32,000 bases of DNA, taken from Candidatus Scatovivens faecipullorum. Its GTDB lineage: Bacteria; Bacillota; Clostridia; TANB77; CAG-508. The DNA lies in NCBI GenBank assembly GCA_018715625.1, contig DVLG01000071.1, positions 16,442 to 48,441 of the forward strand, written 5' to 3'. Within the stretch, counting starts at the first letter, position 1. Each line of letters begins with the position of its first letter. Below are positions 17,235 through 26,085 of this stretch, piece by piece. The notes below the pieces were generated by a model that was given only the letters and a program-made list of their open reading frames with translations, was not told the DNA's origin and searched no databases. A program made the position numbers and the translations under genes.

Positions 17235-19562
17235 CTATTCTATAATTTCTAAACCTGCAAATTTTGCCATTAACCTTTTATGTCCTGCTTTTTCAAAATT
17301 AATATCTACTTTTAAATCTTCACCTTCTGTTTCAACAGAATTAATAATACCTTCTCCAAATTTTTTATGGAAAACTCTCACGCCTGCTTTATATGCACTT
17401 AAATCTATATTATCATTTTTGTTTTTGTTAAGACTTTTTAAGAAACTATCTGCACTTCTAAATTGAAATGTATTCTTAGTTCCTCTAGATGAAGCTGTTG
17501 CTATATCTTTATAAGTTGATATCGGACTATCATAGTAACTTCCATTTCCATAGTTATTATAACTAGAAGTTTTTCTATTTTCACCATAAGACCAATCATA
17601 TTCACTTTCATTATATGTATTGTTTCTATTTTCTTCAATTTCTTCATAACCATCAAGCATATTTGCAGGAATTTCTTTTATAAACCTAGAAACCGCATTA
17701 CAACTTGTAGATCCAAAAATAGTCCTTTGTCTACTACAAGTTAAAAATAGATTTTCTTTTGCTCTTGTAATTCCTACATAACAAAGTCTTCTTTCTTCTT
17801 CAAGTTCTTTTGGCTCTCCTATTGATTTATAACCTGGAAAAATTCCTTCTTCCATACCTACTAAAAATACTACTGGGAATTCAAGTCCTTTAGCACTATG
17901 TAAAGTCATTAATGTTACAGAATCTTCACTTTCTTCCATACCATCTAAATCTGAACTTAATGTAATTCCCTCTAAAAACTCGCTCAAAGAATTATCAGCA
18001 GATTCTTCTTCAAACTCTATTGCAACAGTTAAAAATTCATCTAAGTTTTGTAATCTACTCTCTGCCTCAACAGTATTTTCAAGTTCTAAAGCTTTTGTAT
18101 ATCCTGTTTGATTTAAAGTCAATTTTATTAATTCAGACACTTTCATATCGTCTTTTTTTGCTTTTAACTCTTCAATTGTATTTATAAATTCTCTAGTATT
18201 TGCAAATACTCTATTTAGTCCATAAGTATCTGCATTTTTTATAACTTCATACATAGATACTCCACTATTTGCAGCTATCATATCTATATTATCTAAACTG
18301 GTTTTTCCAACTCCTCTTTTAGGTTCATTAATTATTCTTGTTAAACTTAAATTATCTGATGTATTTTGAATTAATCTTAAATATGCAATTGCATCTTTTA
18401 TTTCTTTTCTTTCATAGAACTTCAAACCACCAACAATTTTATATGGTATATCTTCTCTTCTTAAAACATCTTCTATACTACGTGATTGAGAATTCATTCT
18501 ATATAAAACTGCAAAATCTGAATATTTATAATATTCTTCCATCTTTAAAGTATTTATTTGTCTTACAATATAATTTGCTTCATCATATTCGTTATCTCCT
18601 CTAAATACTTTAGGAATATTACCTTTTTCATTACTTGTCCATAATTTCTTTTCATATTTTGTTTCATTATTCTTAATTACTTCATTTGCTATATTTAATA
18701 TATTTTGTGTACATCTGTAATTTTGTTCAAGCTTTATAATTTTTGTTCCTGGAAAATCTTTTTCAAAATTTAAAATATTAGTAATATCTGCTCCTCTAAA
18801 AGAATATATTCCTTGGTCATTATCTCCAACAACTGTAATGTTTCCATATTTAGAGGCAAGTAAAGTTACTAATGTAAATTGTGCTTTATTTGTATCTTGA
18901 TACTCATCTACAAGCACATATTTAAATTTATTTGAATAATATTCCAATAAATCTGGATTATCTAATAAAATTTTTATTGTAAAATTAATAATGTCATCAA
19001 AATCAATTGCATTATTTTCTTTTAATCTTTTTTGATATATTTCATAAAGTTCTGCTATCTTTTCTTTTCTAAAGTCTCCTTTTACTTTTGCCATATATTT
19101 ATCTGGTTCTAACATATCATTTTTAGCATTACTTATCTCATATAATACAGATTTATCTGAATATAATTTATCATCTAAATTTTGAGCTTTTATAATTTGT
19201 TTCATTAGCGTTTTTTGGTCTGATGTATCAAATATTATAAAAGATGTATCAAAGCCAATTCTATCTATCTGTTTTCTCAAAATTCTAACACAAATAGAAT
19301 GAAATGTTCCTATCCACATATCTTTGGCAATATCTCCAACTAAGGTTTCAACTCTAGACTTCATTTCATTTGCTGCTTTATTTGTAAAAGTAATAGCAAG
19401 AATATCCCATGGTTTAATACCTTTTTCAGCCATTAAATACGCAATTTTGTGTGTTAATACTTTAGTCTTTCCACTTCCTGCTCCAGCTATTACTAAACAT
19501 GGACCTTCTGTATTTGTAACTGCTTCATATTGTTTATTATTTAATCCTTCTAATAAATTCAT
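17235..19562 (-). CDS. pcrA: ATP-dependent DNA helicase PcrA (UvrD/Rep family)
   Basis: LNNKQYEAVTNTEGPCLVIAGAGSGKTKVLTHKIAYL, VDEYQDTN, TLHSAKGLEF and VGITRAKENLFL. The C-terminal domain contains VFHKKFGEGII. Confidence 0.93.
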   Translation of the reverse strand: MNLLEGLNNKQYEAVTNTEGPCLVIAGAGSGKTKVLTHKIAYLMAEKGIKPWDILAITFTNKAANEMKSRVETLVGDIAKDMWIGTFHSICVRILRKQIDRIGFDTSFIIFDTSDQKTLMKQIIKAQNLDDKLYSDKSVLYEISNAKNDMLEPDKYMAKVKGDFRKEKIAELYEIYQKRLKENNAIDFDDIINFTIKILLDNPDLLEYYSNKFKYVLVDEYQDTNKAQFTLVTLLASKYGNITVVGDNDQGIYSFRGADITNILNFEKDFPGTKIIKLEQNYRCTQNILNIANEVIKNNETKYEKKLWTSNEKGNIPKVFRGDNEYDEANYIVRQINTLKMEEYYKYSDFAVLYRMNSQSRSIEDVLRREDIPYKIVGGLKFYERKEIKDAIAYLRLIQNTSDNLSLTRIINEPKRGVGKTSLDNIDMIAANSGVSMYEVIKNADTYGLNRVFANTREFINTIEELKAKKDDMKVSELIKLTLNQTGYTKALELENTVEAESRLQNLDEFLTVAIEFEEESADNSLSEFLEGITLSSDLDGMEESEDSVTLMTLHSAKGLEFPVVFLVGMEEGIFPGYKSIGEPKELEEERRLCYVGITRAKENLFLTCSRQRTIFGSTSCNAVSRFIKEIPANMLDGYEEIEENRNNTYNESEYDWSYGENRKTSSYNNYGNGSYYDSPISTYKDIATASSRGTKNTFQFRSADSFLKSLNKNKNDNIDLSAYKAGVRVFHKKFGEGIINSVETEGEDLKVDINFEKAGHKRLMAKFAGLEIIE

Positions 19563-19624
19563 TGAAAAACTCCTTACTGTCTATATTTTAAGTTTTCGCT
19601 TTTTAAAAACAAACTTATGTTTGT

Positions 19625-19653
19625 ATTATATGTTTTTTAAAATTTACTGTCAA
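19625..19653 (-). promoter_or_regulatory. Consensus sigma-A promoter of pcrA (TTGACA, 17 nt, TATAAT)
   Basis: The minus strand reads ttgaca gtaaattttaaaaaaca tataat. The -10 is at 19625-19630 and the -35 at 19648-19653. Confidence 0.55.
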
Positions 19654-20056
19654 TATTATATATTAAATTAATTTAAAAGTCATTAATTTTTTTCGTAAAA
19701 AAAGACAAGTTTGTAATCTTGTTTTTTTGCTATTCTTTCTTTTCTCGGCTTTTTTCTTTCTTTATTATAAAAATAATCTCTTCTTGCTTTATATCTATGT
19801 GTAGGTTTACTATCATATAAACCTTTAGATCCTTTGAAAATTTTTGAATATGCGTTCGAAATTCTTTTACCTATAAATATACTTCTTATAGCTCTTATAT
19901 TATTTCTTACAAAAAATACTGTGTTCAAAATTTTACTATATAAAATTTATAGTTATAATATTAAATACTCATTTTCTCTCCACAAAATAATATTTTTTCA
20001 ACCATCTAATTTAATAAAATATTACTTTTTATTCTTCATCATATATTTATTTTAAA

Positions 20057-20095
20057 TAAAAAAATCCCAACCGAAAGGGACCAGTCTTCGGTTGG
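20057..20095 (-). terminator. GC-rich intrinsic terminator of the SleB-like gene
   Basis: The minus strand reads ccaaccgaa-gactggtccct-ttcggttgg (9-bp stem) followed by gattttttt. It lies 17 nt after the stop at 20112. Confidence 0.7.
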
Positions 20096-20111
20096 TTTTC
20101 ACTACAAAGCT

Positions 20112-20696
20112 CTATTTATAAAAAATATAATGCTCTGTCTCATAAAATTCATGTTCTAAACGAACATTTCTCTCAATGTCAGACATTTCTGGCATCTTGA
20201 AGATATAATAAATATACTCCCCATCTGTGTTTCCTGCAAGAACCTCTTCAGCCAATGCTATTTCCTCTTCTGTTGGGTCTTCCATACTGTTCCAAAAATC
20301 GGAATTAATGTAGAACCAATGATTTTGAGTAAGCACGCCTTTCACTGAATCCGGAAAATCATCCGATTTCATTCTTGCAACGATTATGCTTGCAATAAGC
20401 TCTTTCTCTTCAGCTGTTCCGCCTTCATAGTTTAAGAACTTAGCAAGAATCTCAGCATCTGTATCTGGCCATATAACCTCTTTATCGCAAAACAGTTCAA
20501 AAGCTTTGCCTGCACTGTTTTTCACAGATTTTTGCACATAGGTTATCTCTTCACCAAGATACATAATTGTCTTTTTAGATTCTGTTTCTGTTGTATCTGA
20601 ATTATCAGATGCATATGTCACAGTTGATACTGAAAGCACCATTAACAACATAAAACAGATAAAGCCAATCCATCTCCGGGTTTTAATATTTTTCAT
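20112..20696 (-). CDS. Secreted SleB/CwlJ-like (Hydrolase_2) cell-wall hydrolase domain protein
   Basis: Signal peptide MKNIKTRRWIGFICFMLLMVLSVSTVTYA. The segment DAEILAKFLNYEGGTAEEKELIASIIVARMKSDDFPDSVKGVLTQNHWF fits the SleB-type pattern (LAr..y.E.g......vA.VvlNRv.s..FP.tv..Vi.Q). Strong SD AGGAGG. Confidence 0.6.
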   Translation of the reverse strand: MKNIKTRRWIGFICFMLLMVLSVSTVTYASDNSDTTETESKKTIMYLGEEITYVQKSVKNSAGKAFELFCDKEVIWPDTDAEILAKFLNYEGGTAEEKELIASIIVARMKSDDFPDSVKGVLTQNHWFYINSDFWNSMEDPTEEEIALAEEVLAGNTDGEYIYYIFKMPEMSDIERNVRLEHEFYETEHYIFYK

Positions 20697-20881
20697 AATA
20701 TACCTCCTGATTAATTAATTTGAGTAAATATTACCAAATCAAAATTATAGTTTTATTGGTCCCAGTAATAATATTATACAATAAATTTCAACTTTTCTCA
20801 AATTTAACATAATTTTTTCTAGATGAAGTTTATCTACTTTTTTTATTCTTACTTCAATAAAAAATTGTGAAATTACATTAT

Positions 20882-20929
20882 AAAAAACATACTCTAGCTT
20901 AAAATAAATTAAACCAGAGTATGTTTTTT
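20882..20929. terminator. Intrinsic terminator downstream of the DUF1858-like gene
   Basis: 14-bp arms aaaaaacatactct / agagtatgtttttt with a 20-nt loop. T-runs on both strands. Confidence 0.6.
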
Positions 20930-20942
20930 AAATTAGTATTCT

Positions 20943-21125
20943 CTATTTATTTAGTTCTTTAACTAATTCTTCCACATCTATTCCATGAACATCACATGCT
21001 TCTTCTAATGTTTCTGCTTGTGACGCTGGACAACCTAAACAGTGCATTCCTGCTTGTAATAATATGTCTGCTTTTTCTGGAGCCATCTCTAATAAATCTC
21101 CTATTTTTGTATTTTTATCTATCAT
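20943..21125 (-). CDS. DUF1858 / hybrid-cluster-protein-associated redox disulfide domain protein (60 aa)
   Basis: AGGAGG SD before the internal ATG at 21125. MIDKNTKIGDLLEMAPEKADILLQAGMHCLGCPASQAETLEEACDVHGIDVEELVKELNK carries the GMHCxGCP motif. The 28 N-terminal codons in the track ORF look spurious. Confidence 0.75.
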   Translation of the reverse strand: MIDKNTKIGDLLEMAPEKADILLQAGMHCLGCPASQAETLEEACDVHGIDVEELVKELNK

Positions 21126-21216
21126 TTTTTTCCTCCTAAAATTTATCTTTTTTTCTAACAAAATAGTATTTTTTGTTATTTGTATAAAAATTTTATCACA
21201 TTTTTTCAAAAAAGTA

Positions 21217-21246
21217 TAGACAAAATTTATAAAATATTGTATTATA
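21217..21246 (+). promoter_or_regulatory. Putative sigma-A promoter of the T4SS-like operon
   Basis: tagaca (21217-21222), 17-nt spacer, tattat (21240-21245), with TG immediately upstream. Confidence 0.4.
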
Positions 21247-21275
21247 AACCAAATTTAAGAAAAGAGGTGATTCTT

Positions 21276-21422
21276 TTGGAATTTCTTACAAACCTTTTTT
21301 TCATAAGTTTTGGTATAAATATATTTATAATCATTTATTTTTTATATTCTCTTTTTGAAATCATATTCTTGCAAAATCTGCAAGGTTCTAAATTAGAATT
21401 CAAGAAAAAACAATTAAAGTAG
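21276..21422 (+). CDS. Possible 48-aa single-TM protein, first gene of the T4SS-like operon
   Basis: AGAGGTGA SD 5 nt before an in-frame TTG at 21276. Translation is (M)EFLTNLFFISFGINIFIIIYFLYSLFEIIFLQNLQGSKLEFKKKQLK. The upstream part of the track ORF overlaps the promoter. Confidence 0.35.
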   Translation: MEFLTNLFFISFGINIFIIIYFLYSLFEIIFLQNLQGSKLEFKKKQLK

Positions 21423-21428
21423 TTTTAT

Positions 21429-23150
21429 TTGAAAAAATTTTTATTAAAAGTATTTTTTTTCATAGTTTCATTTGGTATAAGTTTATTCATTATTTTCACC
21501 ACTTTTAAAAACATTTTTGAAGCAAAATATTTGTTATTCCCTTATGCTTTACATCCATTTGATATAGTTTCATTATATCCAGATACTTGGATTTTATTAA
21601 AAAAGTTATATATAATTTCTTTTTCTATATCTTATATTATTCTATATAACAAATTTTCAAATTTAATTTATTCAAAATTTTCAACCAATAAACAAAAAAC
21701 AAATCCTATTTCATTATTAGAGACATCATCTTTATCTTTATTTGTTGGAATTTCTAATAATATACCAATATTTATAAGTGAAAAAGGTCTTTATCAAAAT
21801 ATTCTAATAACTGGAACTATAGGTACTGGAAAAACTTCCTCTGCTATGTATCCTTTTACCAAGCAACTATTAAAATATAATGCTTCAAATTCTTTAGAAA
21901 AATTAGCTATGCTTATTTTAGATGTTAAAGGAAATTATTTTTCTAAAGTTATAGAATATGCTAAAGAATTTAATAGATTAAATGATGTAATTTCAATAGA
22001 CTTAACCACTGGTTTTAAATACAATCCTTTAGACAAACCAGATTTAAAACCTATTGTTCTAGCAAATAGATTAAAAACTATTCTTACTCTTTTTAGTCCA
22101 AATTCTTCAGAATCTTACTGGCTTGATAAATCAGAACAAATACTTGCAGAATGTATAAAATTTTGCAGATTATATAATAATGGATATGTATCATTTTCAG
22201 AGCTTCATAAATTAATTATGTTTCCAGAATATTATTACCAAAAATTAAATATTACCAAAGAACTATTTAAATCTGGTAAATATTCAAATTCTGAAGTTTA
22301 TGATTTATTAACTTCTATTGATTTTTTTGAAAAAGAATTCTTTTCTTTAGATTCCAGAACACTCTCTATTTTAAAATCTGAAATTAGTAGAATTACTAAT
22401 ATATTTGTTTCTGATTACAATGTTTCTAAAACATTTTGTCCAGCAAAAAAAGATATTAATTTTCATGGTTTTAAAGAAGTATTAGAAAAAGGAAAAATTG
22501 TTGTTTTAAATATGAATATTTCTGAATATAGAAATCTTTCTAAAATTATAGCAACATATTTAAAACTAGACTTTCAAACAGAAGTTATGTCAAGACTCGG
22601 AAAAAATGTTTTTATTAGAAAATCTGCTTTTATTAGTGATGAATTTCATGAATATGTAACTTCAACAGATGCAGATTTTTTATCTGGTTGTAGAGAAGCA
22701 AAATGTATTAATATTGTTGCAACACAGAGTTATTCATCAATAAAAAACACATTAAAAGATGAATCTTCCACTAAAGTTATTCTTCAAAATTTGATTAACA
22801 AATTTTGGTTTAGAACAGATGATATGTTTACTATTGAAGAAGCACAAAAACAGATTGGGAAAGAAGAAAAGGAAAAATTTTCTACTACTATTTCTGAAAA
22901 TGCCAAAGAAACTAATTTTAACTTTATAACAAATAAATTTTTTTCAAAGAATTCTAATTTATCAGAAAGTTATAATAAATATACACAAAATGATTATATA
23001 TATGACACCAATTATTTTTCACAAACATTAGAAACTTTTAAAAGTCTAGCTTTTATTTCTGATGGTACAAAAATATTTAAACCTATGCAAATACAAATGA
23101 TACCATATTATAATGAAAAAAATTTTATGAAAGGATTTAACTTAAAATGA
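21429..23150 (+). CDS. Type IV secretion coupling protein-like ATPase (TraG/TraD/VirD4 family)
   Basis: Two N-terminal TM segments. Walker A GTIGTGKTS (21813-21839), Walker B-like AFISDEFHEY, and REAKCINIVATQS. Asn-rich C-terminus. TTG start with no clear SD. Confidence 0.75.
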   Translation: MKKFLLKVFFFIVSFGISLFIIFTTFKNIFEAKYLLFPYALHPFDIVSLYPDTWILLKKLYIISFSISYIILYNKFSNLIYSKFSTNKQKTNPISLLETSSLSLFVGISNNIPIFISEKGLYQNILITGTIGTGKTSSAMYPFTKQLLKYNASNSLEKLAMLILDVKGNYFSKVIEYAKEFNRLNDVISIDLTTGFKYNPLDKPDLKPIVLANRLKTILTLFSPNSSESYWLDKSEQILAECIKFCRLYNNGYVSFSELHKLIMFPEYYYQKLNITKELFKSGKYSNSEVYDLLTSIDFFEKEFFSLDSRTLSILKSEISRITNIFVSDYNVSKTFCPAKKDINFHGFKEVLEKGKIVVLNMNISEYRNLSKIIATYLKLDFQTEVMSRLGKNVFIRKSAFISDEFHEYVTSTDADFLSGCREAKCINIVATQSYSSIKNTLKDESSTKVILQNLINKFWFRTDDMFTIEEAQKQIGKEEKEKFSTTISENAKETNFNFITNKFFSKNSNLSESYNKYTQNDYIYDTNYFSQTLETFKSLAFISDGTKIFKPMQIQMIPYYNEKNFMKGFNLK

Positions 23151-23500
23151 AAAATAAAAAATTTAACATGCCAGATATAAGACTTTTTTACATATTATAT
23201 ACTTTTATTATTTCATTTCTTTTTATAACTTGTTTTCCAACTAGTGTTACAGCAGCAGATCCAAAACTTGTTACAACACTAAATTCAGCATTTGAAAAAA
23301 TAGAAGATTATATATTAAAAATTTCAACTCCTGCAGCAGCTGTTGCTGTTGGAACTGGCGTACTTATGAAAAAATTTAGTTTTGGAGATGAAGAAAAAAT
23401 TCGTACAGCAAATAAATTAATTAAAGGGACTCTATTTTCCTATGGATTTATTTTATGTATAGATTTAATCTTATCAATGCTTAAAACTTTACTATCTTAA
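23147..23500 (+). CDS. TrbC/VirB2-like pilin-type small membrane protein
   Basis: The start overlaps the upstream stop (ATGA). Signal peptide ends ...SVTAADP, followed by a helix and two hydrophobic segments. This is the architecture of Gram-positive VirB2-like proteins. Confidence 0.55.
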   Translation: MKNKKFNMPDIRLFYILYTFIISFLFITCFPTSVTAADPKLVTTLNSAFEKIEDYILKISTPAAAVAVGTGVLMKKFSFGDEEKIRTANKLIKGTLFSYGFILCIDLILSMLKTLLS

Positions 23501-23535
23501 AATTAGATAATTTATAATTATCAGATTGGATAAAT

Positions 23536-24411
23536 ATGAACGAAGAAAATATTAATTTAACAGAACTTATATTAAATTCAATAAACGAACTTTTTTCTAA
23601 AATGTTTTCATCTATAGATAATACAATATATTCAGTTTTAGATGAAGTAACTTTTATAAACAATACAATACTAGAAAATGATTCTTTTAAAAAAATACTT
23701 GGGGAATCTAGTCAAGATGGCATTTTACTCATATGTAATAGCCTAGTTTTGGGGTTTATAATATATTATGCCATAAATTACTTGTTTTCACATTTAACTT
23801 ATTCAAAGATAGATTCTCCAAAGCAATTTATTTTTAAATCTATAATTTTTATAGCAATTATGAATTCTTCTTTATGGATATGTTTAGAAATTATAAATAT
23901 AATTTCAGTAATAACAGATGGAATTTCATATATATCGCAAAATTTATTTGGCATACAAATAAGTTTTTCAAATTTTATAGATAATATAAATAAAAATCTT
24001 TACATACAAAATGAAGCTTTTAATGTTTTCTCTATTGATGGAATAATAAAATCTTTTATATCATTTGGGCTAATTAATCTTGTGTTCACATATTCGCTAA
24101 GATATATTATGATTCAGATATTTATATTATTAAGTCCATTTGCTTTCTTAAGTTTAATTTCAAATTCTTCTGAAAGTTTTTTTAGAGCTTGGATAAAAGT
24201 TTTTTTATCTTTACTATTAGTTCAAATTTTAATTTCTCTTATACTCTTACTTTCTTTCTCAATAGAATTAACTTCTAATACAAATATTTCCAAATTTTTA
24301 TATGTAGGAATAATATATGCTTTATCAAAAGCTACTAGCTATATAAAAGAAATTTTTGGCGGAATATCTATAGATATAAAATTTTCACTTTCTCCAAACT
24401 TAAAATCTTGA
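23536..24411 (+). CDS. TrbL/VirB6-like polytopic membrane protein
   Basis: 291 aa with 5-6 predicted TM segments. Segment RYIMIQIFILLSPFAFLSL...FRAWIKVFLSLLLVQ resembles the VirB6/TrbL core. Its position after the VirB2-like gene is typical. Confidence 0.55.
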   Translation: MNEENINLTELILNSINELFSKMFSSIDNTIYSVLDEVTFINNTILENDSFKKILGESSQDGILLICNSLVLGFIIYYAINYLFSHLTYSKIDSPKQFIFKSIIFIAIMNSSLWICLEIINIISVITDGISYISQNLFGIQISFSNFIDNINKNLYIQNEAFNVFSIDGIIKSFISFGLINLVFTYSLRYIMIQIFILLSPFAFLSLISNSSESFFRAWIKVFLSLLLVQILISLILLLSFSIELTSNTNISKFLYVGIIYALSKATSYIKEIFGGISIDIKFSLSPNLKS

Positions 24412-24515
24412 TAATATTATACTTTAACTATAATAAAACATTTTATTAATTTTTATCTAAAATTTATTTACACTTTATTAACTTTATTTAAAATTTTATA
24501 ACGAAAGGATTGTTT

Positions 24516-24827
24516 ATGAAGTTCATTTTTCCAAAAAATTATAATTTTAAACCTAAACTATTGGGTTTTATTGAATACTCTACTGCTATTTTAGACACTA
24601 TCATTGGAATAATTTTATATTTTTTAGTAAACTTTATTTTTACAAATCTAAACATAAAAATATATGTTTTTGTTTCTTTGTTTTTTCCAATACTTTTAAT
24701 AAGTATTCTAGGAATTAATAAAGAAAGTTTCATATGCATTTTTATATATATTTCTAAATTTATAAAAAATCAAAATGTATTCTTATATAGTAAAAATAAC
24801 AAGCCAAATTTTTTATTAAAAAAATAA
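24516..24827 (+). CDS. PrgI/VirB3-like (or TcpE-like) small membrane protein
   Basis: MKFIFPKNYNFKPKLLGFIEYSTAILDTIIGIILYF..., two TM segments, then GINKESFICIFIYISKFIKNQ. This pattern matches PrgI-family proteins, which normally precede VirB4. I prefer the ATG at 24516 over the TTG at 24510. Confidence 0.5.
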   Translation: MKFIFPKNYNFKPKLLGFIEYSTAILDTIIGIILYFLVNFIFTNLNIKIYVFVSLFFPILLISILGINKESFICIFIYISKFIKNQNVFLYSKNNKPNFLLKK

Positions 24828-24992
24828 TATATTTATATTTATTTTATAAAAAATTAAAACTATTATAATTTTATTAAGATATAATAGTTTAATAAAAATA
24901 TTTTATATTTTAAAATAAATGATTTTAGTATAAATAAAATATTATGATTAAATATCCTCTTACATATAAATTGAAAATTAAATATTTTATTC

Positions 24993-25021
24993 TTGTAATT
25001 GCTAGTCTAAAATGATATAAT
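24993..25021 (+). promoter_or_regulatory. Putative sigma-A promoter of the DnaD/DnaI-like pair (TTGTAA, 17 nt, TGaTATAAT)
   Basis: ttgtaa (24993-24998), spacer ttgctagtctaaaatga, tataat (25016-25021). Confidence 0.5.
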
Positions 25022-25077
25022 CTTTTCAAACTGTACTAAAGAAAATAATTTTTAAAGTTTGAAAAGGGGTTTTTGAT

Positions 25078-26031
25078 ATGAAACTATCACAAAATGAGAA
25101 ATCTCTTCTATTTTCTAGTACAGAGATACCAGATATATTTTTTACAGAATATCTACCAGAAGCAAATGGTAATTACGTCAAAGTATATTTCTATATGCTT
25201 TTTTTATCTAAATATAATAAAGAGATCAAAATAAATGATTTATCAAAAACACTAGCCTTAGACTTTCCAACTGTTCAGGATGCTATTAAATACTGGGAAG
25301 AAAAAGGTATTTTAGTAAAGAAAACCGATGGCTATACTCTAGCTGATATTCAAGAAATAGAGATTTCAAAATTATATAGTCCAAAAGTAACATCTTCACC
25401 TGAAGATGCTATTAAAAGCTCTCAAAGTCAATATCGAGCAAAAGCTATTGAAAATATTAATTCTCAATTTTTTCAAGGAGTCATGTCTCCTTCTTGGTAT
25501 AATGATATTGATTTATGGTTTAATAAGTATGGTTTTGATGAACAGGTTATGCTTGCTCTATTTAATTATGCTTATGATAAAAGAGCCTTACATAGAAATT
25601 ATGTCCAAGCAACAGCAGATGCTTGGAGCAAAAATAATATAAAAACATTTAATGATTTAGATGCATATTTTGAAAAACAAGAAAAACGTAGTAGTATAAA
25701 TAATGAAATTGCTAAAAAACTAAATTTATACAGAAAATTAACAACTTATGAAGAAGAAGATATAGTAAAATGGACTGAAAATTATGGATATAATATGGAT
25801 ATAATAGAAATTGCATTAAAAAAAGCTTCTTCTAACAATAGAGTAAGATTTGATTATATAGATACACTTCTTACAGATTGGCATAATAAAGATTTACATA
25901 CTGAAACTGAGGTAAATACTTATTTACAATCTATCAAAGATAAAGAAAAAAAATCAAAACAAATCGAAAAAGTTGCTTTTGAATATACTCAAAGTACTTT
26001 TGATAATTTGGAATCTTTATATGATAATTAA
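25078..26031 (+). CDS. DnaD-domain replication protein (DnaB/DnaD-like helicase-loading co-factor)
   Basis: N-terminal winged-helix-like region, then two DDBH2-type repeats with YxxxxxxxW motifs (YVQATADAW, YIDTLLTDW). Confidence 0.8.
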   Translation: MKLSQNEKSLLFSSTEIPDIFFTEYLPEANGNYVKVYFYMLFLSKYNKEIKINDLSKTLALDFPTVQDAIKYWEEKGILVKKTDGYTLADIQEIEISKLYSPKVTSSPEDAIKSSQSQYRAKAIENINSQFFQGVMSPSWYNDIDLWFNKYGFDEQVMLALFNYAYDKRALHRNYVQATADAWSKNNIKTFNDLDAYFEKQEKRSSINNEIAKKLNLYRKLTTYEEEDIVKWTENYGYNMDIIEIALKKASSNNRVRFDYIDTLLTDWHNKDLHTETEVNTYLQSIKDKEKKSKQIEKVAFEYTQSTFDNLESLYDN

Positions 26032-26085
26032 TTTGGTTATAGGTTACCTTTTTTAACCTAAATACATTTTAAAGGGCTTTAATAA

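Noticed and set aside
19575-19624. Small hairpin acaaac-ataa-gtttgt followed by ttttt in the pcrA leader (possible attenuator)
   Set aside because: The stem is only 6 bp and AU-rich. There are no alternative antiterminator pairings or leader peptide. Such hairpins are expected by chance at this base composition.
19683-19928. 81-aa very basic minus-strand ORF upstream of the pcrA promoter
   Set aside because: It has a TTG start with no SD. A terminator-like hairpin (acaag/cttgt plus T-run) lies inside its 3' end, and no motif was recognised. It could be a gene remnant, but I cannot support it as a CDS. The overlapping plus ORF 19834-20055 is rejected for the same reasons.
24850-24890. AT-only inverted repeat aaactattata/tataatagttt after the PrgI-like gene, and the palindrome gataatttataattatc at 23506-23522
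   Set aside because: The stems are pure A/T with no flanking U-tract or recognisable operator context. They are common by chance in about 20% GC spacers. Neither supports a mobile-element boundary.
20040-24900. Search for mobile-element boundaries (direct repeats, att-like sites, integrase, tRNA target) around the SleB-like gene and the T4SS-like operon
   Set aside because: I found no flanking direct repeats, tRNA gene or recombinase, so I do not call an ICE or genomic island as a feature. Only the compositional and gene-content observations are reported.
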